DNA of 64,000 nucleotides from Myxococcota bacterium (GCA_963674735.2 CAXXQS010000001.1:128001-192000); one strand, 5' to 3'; positions 28,756 to 37,368 are shown, counted from the first letter of the stretch. The notes: generated from the sequence alone by a model not told the origin. Made by a program: numbers and translations.

Positions 28756-29745
28756 TTGTCACGCGATACATTCAAGCTGAAGCCCGTCAAACGCTATCAC
28801 GGGGCGCGTTATTATTCGGAAATGGGTCTCACGCTCCAGGCGCGCGCCTGCTGGCTGTCGACGATCGTCCCGGCCAGGCTTGCGCGGGGGGCCGTGACCT
28901 TGCTGCTGGCCGCCGGTCTGGCCTTCGGCGGTATGGGCTGTGAGGGGAAGTTAATCGAAGAAGTCGAACCGGACGGGGATCTGCCGCCCGTCAACAACGG
29001 AGTTTGCGAAGAAGGCGAAGTCCGATGCAACGATGAAACAACGGTCGGAGTCTGCCGCGATGGCCGTTTTCGGTTTCTGACCTGCAATAAATACTGCAGC
29101 AAATTCGTCAGTGATGAATATACCAGCCAAACGAATCGCTGTAGTGAAAGTGATCCGGAAAATCTGTGCAGTTGCGGTTTCGATTTCACTATCGGCGATG
29201 GAGAACCGGTTATGTGTAGGACCGGGGATATTATTTGCCACGAGGAGCAGACCATCGGAATTTGTGACAACCGCAATTTTTATCAATATACGGATTGCGG
29301 CCAATACTGCGAAGACAACTTCGGCAAAGGCTTTTGCCCCACCGTTTGCAAGGCCGACCAACCGGACAATCTCTGCGGTTGCCGCTACAACATCACCGAT
29401 GGCACGGCGCAAGAATGTGCGCCGGGATCGATCCGCTGCATGGACGATCACTATGGAAATAAAGATTGGGTGGGAATTTGCGTCGAGGGCCACTATCAGT
29501 ATCAGAAGTGCAAAAGCTATTGCATTGAAACGTTTGACCCCGGTTGGTATCCGCGCGATTGCGATGCCGACAAACCCGACGATTTTTGCGGCTGCCATCA
29601 AAAGACCGCGCCCGACGGGGATGAAGATACGGGAACGAATTTAGACGGTGACGCCGATACCGAATTGGAAGATGAGACGGATTTGGACGCGGAAGCGGGA
29701 TCCGAAGAGGATAGGGATACCCAAAGCGAAGCCGGGGAGTTATAA
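28756..29745 (+). CDS. Leader-bearing Cys-rich repeat lipoprotein B (three modules, acidic tail); paralog of A
   Basis: TTG start with AAGGA RBS; 44/62 identity to A over the leader/signal; lipobox GMGC. Confidence 0.85.
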   Translation: MSRDTFKLKPVKRYHGARYYSEMGLTLQARACWLSTIVPARLARGAVTLLLAAGLAFGGMGCEGKLIEEVEPDGDLPPVNNGVCEEGEVRCNDETTVGVCRDGRFRFLTCNKYCSKFVSDEYTSQTNRCSESDPENLCSCGFDFTIGDGEPVMCRTGDIICHEEQTIGICDNRNFYQYTDCGQYCEDNFGKGFCPTVCKADQPDNLCGCRYNITDGTAQECAPGSIRCMDDHYGNKDWVGICVEGHYQYQKCKSYCIETFDPGWYPRDCDADKPDDFCGCHQKTAPDGDEDTGTNLDGDADTELEDETDLDAEAGSEEDRDTQSEAGEL

Positions 29746-29790
29746 TACGCGATAAGTCGAAGCCGTGAAACCTACGCCGGGAGGTGCGTG

Positions 29791-31680
29791 ATGAAACGGA
29801 TGATGATGTCGGGATTGTTGCTGCTGCTGTTGCTTGTTGTATTGGCGGCTTGCCTGGGTACCGAAGAGACGGTCAGCGGTAGCGACGGTGACGACCCCGA
29901 TGGCGATGACCCGGACGGCGACGACCCGGATGGCGACGACCCGGACGGCGACGAGCCGGATGGCCCCTGCGAAAAGAATTTCGACTGCATCCCCTCTCAA
30001 TATTGCGATTTCTGCGCGGCGTCCTCCTGTGCCAATTGCGACGACTGCCTGGCCCTGTGCGTGGATCATGGCTGCGGTACCGAGACGGAGAATACCTGCG
30101 GTCGGCCGCGCTCGGACTGTGTGGCGGGGCAGGTGTCGGTGATTCGCGACGGCTGCTGGGTCTGCGTCGACCGTGAAAGCTGCGCCTTTGTGCGTGATGC
30201 CCGCTGCGACGACGGCCTGCCGCTGCAGTGCAACAGTCCCACCCCCGAATGCGCCGCCGATGAAATCCTGGCGCATCAGCAAGGCTGCTATGTCTGCGTC
30301 AATCCCGATAACTGCGATCCGTGGAAAGAAACGGAGTGCGAAAGCGACCGCGATTGCTCGGCCGCCTACTACTGCGAAGAATGCTCCATGTCTTCCTGTC
30401 CGGACTGCGAGGACTGCATCGCCGGTTGCTGGCCGCATCTGTGTGAAACGGAATACGAGTTGCTGTGCGATATGGAGCGCCCCGCCTGCGGCGACGAAGG
30501 CGCGTCGGTGATTCGCGACGGTTGTTGGATCTGTGTGAATCGCGACAGCTGCGAACCGATCAACGGTGAGCACGATCCGAGTTGCGACGATGGCAGCGAG
30601 CCGTTATGCGACATGGTGGAACCGGTTTGCGACGGGCACGAAATCTTGGCCTACCGGAATAGCTGCTACCTCTGTGTCAATCCGGCTACCTGCGAGCCCT
30701 GGGGCGTGCCCAACTGCGCCGGCGATACGGATTGCCCGGTCGACCAATGGTGCAATGGCTGCGGATCGTCCTCCTGCCCGATCTGCGCCGATTGCGTGGC
30801 GGCCTGTGTGCCCCACGGTTGCGAAACGCAACCCGAAGCAACCTGCGATATGGCGCGCCCCGACTGCGGTGCAAGCGGTGTGGCGGTGATTCGCGACGGC
30901 TGCTGGATCTGTGTGAACCGCAGTACCTGTCAACCCACCGGCGGACACGATCCGAGCTGCGATGACGGCGCGCCGGTGACCTGCAACAGTCCGGCCCCCG
31001 AGTGCGGAACGTATGAAATTCTGGCTTATCAGGATGGCTGTCACGTCTGCGTGAATCCGGCCACCTGCAAACCCTGGGGTCAGGCGGGATGCGAGCACCA
31101 GGCCGATTGTCCGGTGGAGGATTACTGCGATCCTTGCGGCACCGCACCGTGTCCCGACTGCGATGCCTGTCTGCCCGCCTGCATGCCCCATGGTTGTCAG
31201 ACCGAGGCCGTGGCCACATGCAAAATGATGCGTCCCGATTGCGGGTTGGGAAAGGCGGCGGTGGTCAAGGACGGCTGCTGGGTTTGTGTGACCCTGGGCT
31301 CCTGTTCACCCACCCGCGACGAGCATTGCGACGACGGTACCGATCCTATTTGCAACATGGTCGAGCCCACCTGCGGCGAACATGAGATTCTGGCTTACCA
31401 GGATAACTGCTATGTCTGCGTCAATCCGCTCACCTGTAAACCCTGGGGGGAAAGCGGCTGCACGCACGACTATGATTGCGACGCGGCGCTTGCCTGTGAC
31501 GGCTGCGCGACCTCCTCCTGTCCTCTATGCGGCGATTGCGTGGCCGCTTGCGTGCCGCACGGTTGTCCCACCGAACCGGTTCCCGCCTGCTACATGATGC
31601 GTCCCGATTGCGATGCGGGCCAGGTGGCGGTGGTGCAGGATTTGTGCTGGGTCTGCGTGGACGACCAAACCTGCCAGTAA
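29791..31680 (+). CDS. Very Cys-rich repeat lipoprotein C (about 4.5 copies of a ~125-aa unit)
   Basis: Ordinary signal peptide with lipobox LAAC; (DGDDP)n linker; repeated SSCP.C.DC, RDGCWVCV, CDDG, EILAY, CVNP.TC.PWG. Confidence 0.85.
   Translation: MKRMMMSGLLLLLLLVVLAACLGTEETVSGSDGDDPDGDDPDGDDPDGDDPDGDEPDGPCEKNFDCIPSQYCDFCAASSCANCDDCLALCVDHGCGTETENTCGRPRSDCVAGQVSVIRDGCWVCVDRESCAFVRDARCDDGLPLQCNSPTPECAADEILAHQQGCYVCVNPDNCDPWKETECESDRDCSAAYYCEECSMSSCPDCEDCIAGCWPHLCETEYELLCDMERPACGDEGASVIRDGCWICVNRDSCEPINGEHDPSCDDGSEPLCDMVEPVCDGHEILAYRNSCYLCVNPATCEPWGVPNCAGDTDCPVDQWCNGCGSSSCPICADCVAACVPHGCETQPEATCDMARPDCGASGVAVIRDGCWICVNRSTCQPTGGHDPSCDDGAPVTCNSPAPECGTYEILAYQDGCHVCVNPATCKPWGQAGCEHQADCPVEDYCDPCGTAPCPDCDACLPACMPHGCQTEAVATCKMMRPDCGLGKAAVVKDGCWVCVTLGSCSPTRDEHCDDGTDPICNMVEPTCGEHEILAYQDNCYVCVNPLTCKPWGESGCTHDYDCDAALACDGCATSSCPLCGDCVAACVPHGCPTEPVPACYMMRPDCDAGQVAVVQDLCWVCVDDQTCQ
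29884..29963 (+). repeat. 15-bp coding tandem repeat (DGDDP) x5
   Basis: Read directly from the sequence. Confidence 0.85.
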
Positions 31681-31832
31681 CGAGCGAGGCGCATCCGCGT
31701 TTCGTTCTCATTTCCCTTTCGGCGACTCGTCGGGCTGTGCTATGATCGGCCCCGCCCGGCGGTCCGGTTTTTTTGTCGCAGTGAAGCCGCCGCGTCGTCT
31801 GTCATTTTGCGACTGCCCGAGAGGAGCCCAAT

Positions 31833-32693
31833 ATGCAAATCAAAGCCGATATCGTCGGACGTCCCCTGGCCGCGCAAAACCGCGTGCTCAACTGGCGCGA
31901 CACGATGAACTTCGCCGCCTCAGTCGAGGATGTCAATCCCTGGTACCTCAACGATACGCGCCCCGAGGGCATTCTGGTCCCGCCGCTGTATGCCTTTGCG
32001 CTGAGCTGGCCGTTGGTGACGTCTATGCAGAGCGAAGCGGGCGATGCCATCGATCCTCAAATCTTCATGCGCATGGTGCACGCGGGGGAGCATCTTCTGT
32101 TTAAACGGCCGATCACCCCCGCCGACAACCTGACCTTAAGCGGCGTGGTGGCCGATTTGCGCAACACCAAGGCCGGGGCGATCGTCACGGCGCGCATCGA
32201 GGCCGTCGATTCCGACGGTGAAGCGGTTTTCGTCGAATACAGCTCGGCGCTGTTCCGCAAGATCGAGGCGGAAAGCGAGGCCCACGTGGGCGATCCGCTT
32301 CCGGCCTTCCCCGCCATGGGAGCCGAAGCCCCCGATTGGGAACAGGACATCGAGATCTCCCGCTCGGCGCCCTATCATTACGATGCCGCCACCCAGATCG
32401 TCTTCCCCATCCACACCAGCCATGTCTTCGCCCGCTCGGTGGGCTTGGGTGGCACCATTTACCAGGGCGGCGCGTTGCTGGCCCGCGCGGCGGCGACGAT
32501 CGTCGATCGCGAGGGCGACGGCAAACCCTGGACTTTGCGCGAAATCGCCTGTCGTTTCGGGGATATGGTGATTCCCGGCACGCCGGTTGTCGTGCAGGGA
32601 CAACGTATCGAAGGGATGCGCGGCGGATTCACCGTCCTCAACGACCGCAAACGCCCGGCCATTACCGGCGGCTTCGTGCTCAATCCGGCTTAG
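31833..32693 (+). CDS. Double hot-dog (MaoC-like) dehydratase
   Basis: FAASV.D.NP.Y, VHAGE, PIH....FA...GL...I..G, F...V.PG. Confidence 0.8.
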   Translation: MQIKADIVGRPLAAQNRVLNWRDTMNFAASVEDVNPWYLNDTRPEGILVPPLYAFALSWPLVTSMQSEAGDAIDPQIFMRMVHAGEHLLFKRPITPADNLTLSGVVADLRNTKAGAIVTARIEAVDSDGEAVFVEYSSALFRKIEAESEAHVGDPLPAFPAMGAEAPDWEQDIEISRSAPYHYDAATQIVFPIHTSHVFARSVGLGGTIYQGGALLARAAATIVDREGDGKPWTLREIACRFGDMVIPGTPVVVQGQRIEGMRGGFTVLNDRKRPAITGGFVLNPA

Positions 32694-32732
32694 GCCGGAC
32701 CGTTAAAAAAAAACGGGCGGAACCTGCGTTCT

Positions 32733-33617
32733 TTAGTGCGTGCGTTCGACGATGAAGCGCGCCAGCTCGCGCAGGGCTTCCGCGCGCAGACCGTAGCCGT
32801 CGAGACCGGTTATCGCACGGGCGACGAGTTCTTCGGCCGTTTTGCGGCTTTTTTCCAGCCCGAGCAGGCTGACGAAAGTGGTTTTGCCCTGGGCGGCGTC
32901 TTTTCCGGTGGTTTTGCCGAGTTGGCTTGAATCTCCCACCACATCCAGGATATCGTCGGCGATCTGGAAGGCCAGTCCGATGTTTTCGCCGTAGCGGGTG
33001 AGGGCATCCAGCTCCGCTACATTGGCCCCGCGCAGCATGGCTCCCGTGCGCACCGCCACCCGGATCAACGCGCCGGTTTTCATGGCGTGCATGCGCCGCA
33101 ATCCCGCCAGATCGTCGAGGTGAGCGGCATCTTCCAGAGTGTCGAGCACCTGTCCACCCACCATCCCGGCGGGACCGGCCGCCCGGGCGAGTTCGCCAAC
33201 CAGGCGCGCGCACAAAACCGGGTGGTCGTCGGCGTAGGCGGCCGCCAGCAATTGAAACGCGCCCGTCTGCAGTCCGTCGCCCGCCAAAACGGCCATGGCT
33301 TCGCCGAAGCGTTTATGCGAGGAGGGTTGTCCGCGCCGCAGGTCGTCGTCATCCATGCAGGGTAGATCGTCGTGAATGAGCGAATAGGTGTGGATCATCT
33401 CGACGGCCGCCGCCGCCGGGAGGGCATCCGGTCCGCCATCTCCCACCAAAGCCGCCGTGGCCAGTACCAAAACGGCGCGCAGCCGTTTGCCCCCGCCTTT
33501 GAGGGAATACAGCATGGCCTCCTGCAGGGAGTCGGGGCCACTCAACTCGGCGAGCAGGGCGGGCAGCGACTGTTCGATTTGTTGGCGATAGGATTCGAGG
33601 TCGGATGGAAACGACAT
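32733..33617 (-). CDS. ispA: Farnesyl/geranylgeranyl diphosphate synthase
   Basis: GGKRLR, SLIHDDLPCMDDDDLRRG, GGQ, KTG, FQIADDILD, GKD; ATG 33617 with GGGAG RBS. Confidence 0.92.
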   Translation of the reverse strand: MSFPSDLESYRQQIEQSLPALLAELSGPDSLQEAMLYSLKGGGKRLRAVLVLATAALVGDGGPDALPAAAAVEMIHTYSLIHDDLPCMDDDDLRRGQPSSHKRFGEAMAVLAGDGLQTGAFQLLAAAYADDHPVLCARLVGELARAAGPAGMVGGQVLDTLEDAAHLDDLAGLRRMHAMKTGALIRVAVRTGAMLRGANVAELDALTRYGENIGLAFQIADDILDVVGDSSQLGKTTGKDAAQGKTTFVSLLGLEKSRKTAEELVARAITGLDGYGLRAEALRELARFIVERTH

Positions 33618-33772
33618 GATGGGACTCCCCTGCAAAACGGCCGTCACGAATTCGTCTTTTGTTCCTACCACGAACGCAACGGGTTTTCAATTCGATATGA
33701 AATGTGATAGGCTTCGGACCGCTTTGCCACCGGCTACGCGAAGTGCCGGATTTGCTTTTGGAGTGAGCGAAA

Positions 33773-34339
33773 ATGGATTTTCTTTCCGAATTGCCCATTT
33801 GGTTGATGGCGCTGATGATCTTCGGCCTTCGCATTGCGGACGTTTCCCTGGGGACTGTCCGCACGATTGCGGTGGTGGAAGGTCTGATCAAAGTGTCGGT
33901 AATTCTAGGTTTTGTAGAAGTGCTGATCTGGATCACGGCCGTCAGTCAGGTTATTGCACGCATTCACGAGAGCCTGTTTTTAGTGGTGGCCTATGCCGCC
34001 GGGTTCGCCTGCGGCAATGCGCTGGGAATCATGCTTGAAAAACGCTTGGCTCTGGGTGTTGTGACATTGCGTATCATTTCAGGCGATTCGGGCTGGCGTA
34101 TCGCCCAAGACCTGCGGGCGGAAGGCCAGGTGCTGACGACCTTCAGCGGCGAAGGTCGCGATGGGCCGGTGCTGATGATTTTCGCTTCCTGCCCACGGCG
34201 CAAAGTGCAGGAACGTATCGGAATTGCACGTCAAATAGACCCGGATTGTTTTTTCGAAGTCGGTCGCACCAACCTGTGGAGCGTGGGTGCGCGTGCCACG
34301 GCGCATAGCGGCTGGCGCGCGGTGATCAAGAAAAAATAG
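33773..34339 (+). CDS. DUF2179/DUF5698 (UPF0316) membrane protein
   Basis: RIADVSLGTVR, GFVEV.IW, YAAGFA.G..G, LR..G..T...GEGRDG. Confidence 0.85.
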   Translation: MDFLSELPIWLMALMIFGLRIADVSLGTVRTIAVVEGLIKVSVILGFVEVLIWITAVSQVIARIHESLFLVVAYAAGFACGNALGIMLEKRLALGVVTLRIISGDSGWRIAQDLRAEGQVLTTFSGEGRDGPVLMIFASCPRRKVQERIGIARQIDPDCFFEVGRTNLWSVGARATAHSGWRAVIKKK

Positions 34340-34342
34340 AGT
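34321..34342 (+). repeat. Left copy of 22-bp direct repeat GGTGATCAAGAAAAAATAGAGT (includes the stop codon of the DUF2179 gene)
   Basis: Exact match to 37342-37363. Confidence 0.9.
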
Positions 34343-34382
34343 TACCTGTACCCATCGAGTTCCCGATGGTCCACCAGCACGT

Positions 34383-36938
34383 TCAGTCGGCAAGATCCGG
34401 CAGGTTCAAGCAGTCCTCGGTCGAGGTATCCACTCGAAAGACACCCAGTTCTTTTACCTTTTGCGTTGGGGACGGGGAAAGGCCGCGCGTGGCACCGCCA
34501 TAGGGTCGCGACGGGAAGGCCAGCGAATCCAGCGGGGTAAGACAGGCGGCTTGCCAGGAGTGCAAGCGAGATGTTGGCGACGTCGGCATTTGGAGATATA
34601 GCAAGCAGTGGTCGCTTTTCGCCATTTGTGGTAGCTGGGATACGTCGAGCGGAACCGGACTTCGATTCCTCAGCCCCCAGAAACGCCAGCCTAACGTAAC
34701 GGCTGATGTCTTGATGTTTTCGCGTCGGACAGGCGAAACCCAGTAGCAAGTGTTGTTCTTTTCGCTCATATGTAGGAGTAATCGTGTCGTATATTGCAAG
34801 TCGGCGTTGAGGGTCAGGCAATCGTTGTGATAGGGAGTGAGGCTCGGTGCCACTGGAACGTCACTTTCGAGAGTCCGGTGCCGGTCGGGAAAACCGAGGA
34901 GTCCAGTCAGTATCATCAGGCACAGCAACGCTAGGCGCAGCCTGGCGGGTAAGAACCTCTTCAGTCGTTCGTTGAGAAAGGCCCAACCCGTCAGCCCGAA
35001 CAGTATCATCAGGGCCATCAGCATTGAGGCCAGTCGCATGGTGTGGTGATCATGCCGCCAACCCGCAATTGCATACAACCGTAGGAGGAACAAAAACGGC
35101 AGTGGGAGTAAGAGCCAGCGTTTGTACTGAAAGAGGGCGATTGCAGTGCCGAGGATGATGAAGAGTGCGAAGCCGATCGGGAATAAGCATGTCAGTATGT
35201 CGAACGCGGACAAGGACGGAACCGCTTTTGGGTCGAGGGTGCGCAGTAGCCAGAGATATACGCTGTTGTCGCGGTTCGTGACAAGGTCCACCAGCCCGGC
35301 GAGTTGCGTGTGGAAGAGGTTCCAGAGCACGTATAGTGCCGAGACAAGCAGCGCGATCGCGAGGAGGTGCAGCGCTTCATCTCCAAGGTGGGTCTTTTTG
35401 CCGAGCGATTGCCGGATGCGGGTGATGTGCTGCTGGATGGGATTTTGGTTCAATACCCACGCTCCGGCGATTACGCAGAGGGCGCATGTAGGGAAAAGAA
35501 CCAATTCCCGGCGGATCTGAAAAAGGAGGACGGCGGTCAATAGTAAACAGAGCGTTGCCCATAGATTTCGCGCCTTTTTCGGGTGGCCAACGGGTTGCCA
35601 GCGGTGGATCAGATGGGCCCATGAGAAGGTTATAAACCAAAGAAACTGGCTTGGGAAATCGGAAAACGCGGTGATTCTGAAAAAGGGTAGGGTGAGGATC
35701 AGTCCGGAGAACAAAGCGGCGGGAAGCCGGGATTTGAACGTTGACCGGGCGAGCGTGTAAAACATCCAAATATTGACGAGACCCAACAAGGCGTTGAGGG
35801 TAACCATCAAACGCAAGGGAACAGTTCCGAATGGAGCCAGAAAAGAAAGGGAAGTCCAACAGCTGCCGCAGTGGCAGCTATGGCCGAACAGAGTGTCGAT
35901 CCGTTCCCATTCGGGAACCAGTTGCAGTGGGGTGAACCAGGAAATCGGTATCCACTTAAACCAAAACGAAATCCAGGCAGTCGCGATTAGCAAGGCCAAA
36001 ACCAGCGCACCAAACCACCACCGGTTTGATGACTCGCTTTGCCGGCTGTAGCGATAGCTAGTGTAAAAGATTGCCACGAGGAAAGCGAGATGCAGAAAAA
36101 GGCAGAATCCCACCTCGCGCAGATTTGCCGGAACATTCGCCAGTGAAATCAATAACGTGAACAGCAAAACGGGAAACCCGGCGATTCGCAGGGCGGTGTA
36201 CCGATAATTTGTGAGAAAAACCGAGTCGTGTTGTCGTTGAAAGACGACCCCAACGAAACCGAGAAGATATGTAAGGGTCAAGTAGACCGCGAGGGCAACC
36301 GCCACTCCCATGGCGTCGGGATAGTCGAGATTGTTGCTGTGAGCCTCTGAAATCGATATGGTCGATACGGCTATGATGAAGTTGAATGCGCTTAGAACGA
36401 GCAGATGCCGGTATATGGGTGATCGGGTTCTGCTCTTGATCATCGGTATCCACACGCTTAACAGGATTAGCAGCGAGATCAGGCTTGTCCAGTCCAGCAT
36501 CGATTCCGTCCAGTTCTCGATGGGAGGAATTCCCGAAATGACAATAGGGGGCGGCAGTGGAATTTGTTCGGCGAATGAAGTCCAGTCGACGCTTTCGGCT
36601 TTGGGCAGGTTTGATTTGTCGAGGACGAGTTTGGTGGTGAGGGCAGTGTCGTGGTCGCCGTTGCCGTTGTAGTGGAGACGAATAAGGGCTTTGCCTTGAT
36701 TAGTTATGAGGTGCAGGGTGGCGTTGGTTTCATCAATGTTCAGCTGCCAGTCGATCAACTCCTGCTGCACGTGGTGGCGGGTCCAGGTTTTGAGAAAGGA
36801 CTGGAGTGCTTGAGAGGATGCGGCATCGATGGGGGCGAAGGCCAGTGATGGCGGTATGTTGCCCCAAGCGGGGCATCCCCCAACCGTTAAGAGAAGGAGG
36901 AGTAAAATAAGGAATTTGAAATACCGCAATATAAACAA
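34383..36938 (-). CDS. Large polytopic membrane protein (possibly GT-C glycosyltransferase-like)
   Basis: 851-aa ORF with more than 12 hydrophobic segments and a signal-like N-terminus; function is inference only. Confidence 0.6.
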   Translation of the reverse strand: MFILRYFKFLILLLLLLTVGGCPAWGNIPPSLAFAPIDAASSQALQSFLKTWTRHHVQQELIDWQLNIDETNATLHLITNQGKALIRLHYNGNGDHDTALTTKLVLDKSNLPKAESVDWTSFAEQIPLPPPIVISGIPPIENWTESMLDWTSLISLLILLSVWIPMIKSRTRSPIYRHLLVLSAFNFIIAVSTISISEAHSNNLDYPDAMGVAVALAVYLTLTYLLGFVGVVFQRQHDSVFLTNYRYTALRIAGFPVLLFTLLISLANVPANLREVGFCLFLHLAFLVAIFYTSYRYSRQSESSNRWWFGALVLALLIATAWISFWFKWIPISWFTPLQLVPEWERIDTLFGHSCHCGSCWTSLSFLAPFGTVPLRLMVTLNALLGLVNIWMFYTLARSTFKSRLPAALFSGLILTLPFFRITAFSDFPSQFLWFITFSWAHLIHRWQPVGHPKKARNLWATLCLLLTAVLLFQIRRELVLFPTCALCVIAGAWVLNQNPIQQHITRIRQSLGKKTHLGDEALHLLAIALLVSALYVLWNLFHTQLAGLVDLVTNRDNSVYLWLLRTLDPKAVPSLSAFDILTCLFPIGFALFIILGTAIALFQYKRWLLLPLPFLFLLRLYAIAGWRHDHHTMRLASMLMALMILFGLTGWAFLNERLKRFLPARLRLALLCLMILTGLLGFPDRHRTLESDVPVAPSLTPYHNDCLTLNADLQYTTRLLLHMSEKNNTCYWVSPVRRENIKTSAVTLGWRFWGLRNRSPVPLDVSQLPQMAKSDHCLLYLQMPTSPTSRLHSWQAACLTPLDSLAFPSRPYGGATRGLSPSPTQKVKELGVFRVDTSTEDCLNLPDLAD

Positions 36939-37228
36939 AGGCTTATGTCTTTCAAATGGAAAAATATATTAGGATCAAGGCAGCCAAAATGCCTGTATCT
37001 GGAAGACGGCAGGAGTTGCATCTATAAGTTGCGCGGTCGCCATAGACCCGGTTCATCGACGCTTGCTTGGTTCCGTTTCCGACATGGATATTTGACCTCT
37101 GCGAGTATAGCCAGTGTCAACAACCGGTGTCAATCAACTTTTCGGGACTGCGGGTTCCTCTTCCTCGTGTGGTGATTATTAACCCGGCAATTGTATCATG
37201 GCTGTTTTTTCGAAGATGAAACCACGAT

Positions 37229-37314
37229 CGCTCATCCCGAGTAGGCTACGTAAGTAGCTGTATCGAGGGATCTTTCGATACGATTTCGCTTCGCGAAATC
37301 ACTCAAGGTGAGCG
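37229..37314 (+). repeat. REP-like palindromic element folding into a four-way junction
   Basis: Closing stem CGCTCATC..GAGT / ACTC..GGTGAGCG encloses three hairpins (37244-59, 37260-81, 37282-300). Confidence 0.7.
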
Positions 37315-37341
37315 GAGAAAATAAGCAGGCTAACGTTGCCG

Positions 37342-37363
37342 GGTGATCAAGAAAAAATAGAGT
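37342..37363 (+). repeat. Right copy of the 22-bp direct repeat
   Basis: Exact match to 34321-34342. Confidence 0.9.
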
Positions 37364-37368
37364 GCCCC

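Larger units (their letters stand above)
34343..37363. mobile_element. Putative ~3-kb integrase-less genomic islet
   Basis: Bounded by exact 22-bp direct repeats; lower GC; a single cargo gene. Confidence 0.65.

Noticed and set aside
27146-31680. Multiheme cytochromes
   Set aside because: Many Cys but no CxxCH motifs.
37229-37314. Possible tRNA because of the cloverleaf shape
   Set aside because: No 7-nt anticodon loop, TTCRA loop or D-loop; the hairpin loops are 3-4 nt.
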